Assembly (NCBI GenBank): GCA_017882825.1
Contig: JADGOS010000001.1
Location: forward strand, 1 to 53,135
Direction of reading: 5' to 3'
DNA from: Demequinaceae bacterium
GTDB lineage: Bacteria > Actinomycetota > Actinomycetes > Actinomycetales > Demequinaceae
Length of the DNA stretch: 53,135 nt
Below the pieces are notes generated by a model. It was not told where the DNA came from. It made no database searches and was given only the letters and a program-made list of their open reading frames with translations. Within the stretch, counting starts at the first letter, position 1. The number at the start of each line of letters is the position of its first letter. Below are positions 49,568 through 53,135 of this stretch, in pieces. Made by a program: the position numbers and the translations under genes.

Positions 49568-51748
49568 ATGAGTATCGGATTCACAGGGCGGATCGCGCGG
49601 GCGTCAGCCACGCGCCCGTGGCGTACCGTCGGCATCTGGGTCGTCGCGCTCGCCGCGTCGGTCTATGCCGCGAGCCTCCTCGGAAGCGCCCTCACCCAGG
49701 AGGACCGCCTGCTGACGCCGACGGAGTCGGAGCAGGTGCAGACCCTCGTCGACCAGTACCGCTCCACGAACGCTGGCACCGCGACGGAGACGGTCATCGT
49801 CACGTCCGACTCCGCGCGCTTCGGCGACGCGAGTTTCACCGCGACCCTCGATCAGGTCGTCGGCGCCATGGGCAACGTCGACGGGGTGGTTGCCGTTTCC
49901 GCGCCGACCCTGGCGCAGCCCTTTCCCGTCTCGCCCAGCGGCTACACCGCCCTCGTGACCGTCGAGGTCGACCAGCGCACGGGCGAGGCGCAAACGACGC
50001 TCGGAACCGCGATCAACGACGCCGCGGCCTCCGTGCAGCACGAGGGCTTCCGCGTGATCCCGTTCGGCAACGCCAGCGTCGGCGTCCTCTTCGACGCGCT
50101 GGCGGAGAAGACCCTGGTCCAGGGCGAGGCGATAGGGGTCGGCATCGCCGTCATCATTCTCGCCATCGTCTTCGGCGCACTCGTCGCTGCGGGGGTACCG
50201 ATTGTGCTCGGACTCGTGTCCATCACCGTCGCGGTCGGGCTGACCGCGGTGGTCGGCCAGGCCTTCGAGCTGTCGTTCTTCATCGTGAACATGATCACGA
50301 TGATGGGCCTGGCGCTCAGCATCGACTACACCTTGATCGTCGTCCAGCGATTCCGCGAGGAACGGTCGAAGGGGCGCGACGTCCTGGACGCGATTACTGT
50401 CGCCGGTAGCACCGCAACGCGCGCCGTCGTGTTCTCGGGCCTCACCGTGATCATCGCCCTGTCTGGACTCCTCCTCGTCCCCAGCACGCTCATGCGCAGC
50501 CTCGGCGGCGGCGCGATCCTCGTCGCGTTCGCGTCGGTGCTGGCCGCGCTCACCCTCCTTCCCGCGCTCCTGCGCCTCCTCGGGGATCGCATCAACAAGG
50601 GACGCATCCCGACCGCACACCCCGGCCGCGAGCCCAAGCGCTGGGCCGCGATCGCCCGCACCGTGATCCGCCGCCCGTGGATCGCCGCGGGACTCGGCAT
50701 CGCGATCCTCCTCACGCTCGCGTCTCCCATCCTCGGAATGCGCCTCGCCTTCTCCGGACTCGACGCCCTCCCTGCGGACAACCCCGTTCGCGTGGCGCAA
50801 GACATCCTGGTGAAGGACTTTGGATGGGGTCGGTCGGGCACCACGATCGCGATCGAGAACGCCGCAGGCTCGGGGGCGGCAATCGCGGCCCTAGCAGCCA
50901 CGATTGAGGCCGATCCCGGATTCGCCGAGACCACCATCGACGATCGCGGCGCGGTCGTGTTCGTCGACACCAAGGACGTCTACGACTCGTCCGACCCGCG
51001 CTCGGAGGAGGCGATTGTGCGCCTCCACGACGAGATCGTCCCGGCCGCCCTCGCGGGAACCGGCGCGACCGCCTCGCTCGGAGGCGACAACTGGAGCGCC
51101 CACGAGTTCACCCGGATCATCCTCGATTCCACGCCGGGGGTGATGGCGCTCGTCCTCGGTGCGAGTTTCATCCTGCTCATGATCGGGTTCCGATCCATCG
51201 TGATACCCGCGACCGGCATCGTGCTCAACCTGCTCTCGACCGGGGCGGCCTACGGCCTGCTCGTGGCCGTGTTCCAGTACGGCTGGGGCGCGGGCATCCT
51301 GGGATTGCCGCAGGTGGATGGGATCGCGCCGTGGATCCCGCTGTTCCTGTTCGCGGTCCTCTTCGGGCTCTCCATGGACTACCACGTGTTCCTCCTGAGC
51401 CGAATCAAGGAGAGTTACGACTCTCAGGGCGACACGAGGCTCGCAGTGGAACAGGGGCTGAGCCGCACCGGAGCCCTCATCACGGGCGCTGCGCTCATCA
51501 TGGTGGCGGTGTTCACCGGATTCGCGATGGGCGATCTCGCCGAGTTCGCCCAGATGGGCTTCGGCCTCGGCGCGGCGGTCATCATCGACGCGACCCTCGT
51601 CCGAACCATCCTCGTCCCTGCCCTCATGACTCTTCTGGGTAAGGCGAATTGGTATCTCCCCAAGTGGCTCTCGTGGCTCCCCGCCCTGAGTTTCGAGGGT
51701 CGCACGGAGCGCACCCGCGAGGCCGAGCTCGAGCCCGCGCTGGTCTAG
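49568..51748 (+). CDS. MMPL family (RND superfamily) transporter
   Basis: 726 aa. Two 6-TM bundles, each preceded by a soluble loop. ATG preceded by ggagag. Confidence 0.88.
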   Translation: MSIGFTGRIARASATRPWRTVGIWVVALAASVYAASLLGSALTQEDRLLTPTESEQVQTLVDQYRSTNAGTATETVIVTSDSARFGDASFTATLDQVVGAMGNVDGVVAVSAPTLAQPFPVSPSGYTALVTVEVDQRTGEAQTTLGTAINDAAASVQHEGFRVIPFGNASVGVLFDALAEKTLVQGEAIGVGIAVIILAIVFGALVAAGVPIVLGLVSITVAVGLTAVVGQAFELSFFIVNMITMMGLALSIDYTLIVVQRFREERSKGRDVLDAITVAGSTATRAVVFSGLTVIIALSGLLLVPSTLMRSLGGGAILVAFASVLAALTLLPALLRLLGDRINKGRIPTAHPGREPKRWAAIARTVIRRPWIAAGLGIAILLTLASPILGMRLAFSGLDALPADNPVRVAQDILVKDFGWGRSGTTIAIENAAGSGAAIAALAATIEADPGFAETTIDDRGAVVFVDTKDVYDSSDPRSEEAIVRLHDEIVPAALAGTGATASLGGDNWSAHEFTRIILDSTPGVMALVLGASFILLMIGFRSIVIPATGIVLNLLSTGAAYGLLVAVFQYGWGAGILGLPQVDGIAPWIPLFLFAVLFGLSMDYHVFLLSRIKESYDSQGDTRLAVEQGLSRTGALITGAALIMVAVFTGFAMGDLAEFAQMGFGLGAAVIIDATLVRTILVPALMTLLGKANWYLPKWLSWLPALSFEGRTERTREAELEPALV

Positions 51749-51760
51749 CGCGCGACGTAA

Positions 51761-51798
51761 GCGAGGGGGACGGGGCGCGCGCGTCCCGTCCCCCTCGC
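51761..51798 (+). terminator. GC-rich hairpin after the MMPL gene
   Basis: gcgagggggacggg (51761-51774) pairs with cccgtccccctcgc (51785-51798). Confidence 0.65.
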
Positions 51799-51853
51799 TC
51801 GTCCCCGGTCGCCGGCGGCGTTTGCCCGATAGCATCGCTTCAAAGGAGGCTCC

Positions 51854-52312
51854 ATGACCGTCGACGCAAGCCCTCACCCGAACTGGTATCCCGACCCCGC
51901 CACCGCAGGGCTCTGGCGGTATTGGGACGGAGTGCAGTGGACCGAGCACACAGCTCCGATGGGGGGAGTCGCGACAAGCGGACCGACCCACGCACCGGTC
52001 GGGAGTTCCACCGGCCCGTCCGAGGCTATTCACTGGCTCGTCCCCGTCGGCCGCTCGGGCGAGGCCATCGCAGCCGGCTACCTTGGGTTCCTCTGTCTGT
52101 TCCTCACGATCCTCGCCTTCCTCCCGTTCGGATTCATCGGCACTCTCGCCATTGCGGGGCTCACGATCTGGCTCGCCGTTCGCGCGATCAAGAAGGCAGA
52201 ATCGGGCGGGCACGGCCGCGGTAGGGCGATCTTCGGACTCGTGGGCGCGGGATTCGCGGTGCTCGCAAGCATCGTCGGGGCTTACGGAACCTTTGCCGTC
52301 GCGGGCTCCTAG
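51854..52312 (+). CDS. DUF2510 N-terminal domain + C-terminal membrane (DUF4190-like) protein
   Basis: 152 aa, aaaggagg SD. NWYPDPATAGLWRYWDGVQWTEH is the DUF2510 signature. Two C-terminal TM helices. Confidence 0.75.
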   Translation: MTVDASPHPNWYPDPATAGLWRYWDGVQWTEHTAPMGGVATSGPTHAPVGSSTGPSEAIHWLVPVGRSGEAIAAGYLGFLCLFLTILAFLPFGFIGTLAIAGLTIWLAVRAIKKAESGGHGRGRAIFGLVGAGFAVLASIVGAYGTFAVAGS

Positions 52313-52446
52313 ATCCGCCGGCGTGCTCGTGAGAGACCGGCAACGCGATAGAACCCCCGGTTCGTCGCGATTTCGCTCCGATCTCACCACGCACTCCGGT
52401 ATCGTCGCGATAGGGCACGATTGGGAGTGCCCACTTGGGAGAGATC

Positions 52447-53135
52447 ATGACAACGCCTCCGACGTCGCTACCGCCCGCGAACTGGTACCCGGACCCCCAG
52501 ACTCCTGGCCAATTGCGCTACTGGGATGGGCAGCGCTGGACCCAACACGTTCACCCCGCGCAGCAGCCCGCCCAAGGGGTTGGCGGCGCGGGAGCCGCTC
52601 AGGTGCAAGCGGGCCCCGGGGTCTTCCTCCCGAGCGGCCGACCGGGTAGCGCACAACCCGGCCAGGGAGGCGCGACCGTTCAGGGCGACTTCCTCCCGAC
52701 GCAGGCGGGTCCGGCCCAGGGTGGCTTCGCGCCGACGCAGGCGGGTCCGGCCCAGGGTGGCTTCGCCCCGTCGCAGGCGGGTCCGGCCCAGGGTGGCTTC
52801 GCCCCGTCGCAGGCGGGTCCGGCCCAGGGTGGCTACGCGCCGGCCCAGGGTGGCTACGCGCCGGCCCAGGGTGGCTACGCGCCGGCCCAGGCGGCTCCCC
52901 TTGCCGTCGGCCCGTCGACGGGGTCGCTGCGGACCTTTCAGCCTGGAGGCGCCGCCGCGCCATCGCCGTTTCCGGCAACCATGCAGAGCGCCGTGAGCCT
53001 CGATGTGGATGACATTCCGAAGACCCGCAGAGGCAAGGGGGCCCGGGACCCCTACGACTCGGTCGAGTCGAGCGGGTCATCGACCGCATCCAAGTTCGCG
53101 ACCGTACTCGGATTCTTCGCCTTGCTGGCGACCGC
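52447..53135 (+). CDS. DUF2510-domain protein with repeat-rich linker (partial, runs off the 3' edge)
   Basis: ATG at 52447 preceded by gggagag. ANWYPDPQTPGQLRYWDGQRWTQH, with no in-frame stop to the end of the window. It is absent from the ORF track because it is open-ended. A hydrophobic segment begins at the edge. Confidence 0.7.
   Translation, partial: MTTPPTSLPPANWYPDPQTPGQLRYWDGQRWTQHVHPAQQPAQGVGGAGAAQVQAGPGVFLPSGRPGSAQPGQGGATVQGDFLPTQAGPAQGGFAPTQAGPAQGGFAPSQAGPAQGGFAPSQAGPAQGGYAPAQGGYAPAQGGYAPAQAAPLAVGPSTGSLRTFQPGGAAAPSPFPATMQSAVSLDVDDIPKTRRGKGARDPYDSVESSGSSTASKFATVLGFFALLAT
52696..52881. repeat. Nested coding tandem repeats: 4 x 36 nt then 21-nt units
   Basis: ccg(a/t)cgcaggcgggtccggcccagggtggcttcgc(g/c) occurs four times (PTQAGPAQGGFA), then ccggcccagggtggctacgcg repeats (PAQGGYA). 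Confidence 0.9.

Noticed and set aside
49556-49570. 4-codon uORF (ATG GAG AGA CCA TGA) whose stop overlaps the MMPL start codon.
   Set aside because: The GGAGAG it contains is at ideal Shine-Dalgarno distance from the MMPL ATG. A ribosome-binding site is the simpler reading.

Overview
This window is a high-GC actinobacterial chromosome segment (about 70% G+C from hand counts of sample stretches; gene content looks Micrococcales-like). It is almost completely filled with conserved housekeeping genes.

From memory, two blocks are syntenic with Mycobacterium tuberculosis:
- The Rv3193c-Rv3220c neighbourhood: whiB1-like, pdtaS, UPF0182, PDZ/Lon protease, DUF2342, uvrD2, nudC, adnAB, DUF3152, DUF3107 and rhlE.
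- The Rv0951-Rv0957 neighbourhood: sucCD, perM and purNH.

Between these blocks lie one-carbon and purine genes (glyA-folD, purU), TCA genes (icd-mdh), mrp, xthA, pepP-like and PHP genes, a few sugar-utilisation genes (GH51, GH3, galK), an aquaporin and an MMPL transporter.

I found no integrase, transposase, CRISPR array, obvious defence system or biosynthetic cluster. I cannot point to a convincing new system, and I treat this as a largely ordinary core region.

Four elements are not in the ORF track:
- A ZTP (pfl-type) riboswitch in front of glyA-folD.
- An initiator tRNA-fMet.
- A 53-aa DUF5679-like zinc-ribbon ORF.
- An open-ended DUF2510 gene at the 3' edge.

The more speculative leads are modest:
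- A conserved pair of the small zinc-ribbon ORF and a degenerate E1/ThiF-like protein.
- An Mph-like phosphotransferase that has lost both catalytic aspartates.
- A lower-GC islet with two similar small 4-TM proteins and helically phased GTCAC repeats.
- Several short in-frame or junctional tandem repeats.

Many long ORFs in the track are antisense or alternative-frame shadows of real genes, as expected at this GC content. Several track ORFs needed their starts trimmed.
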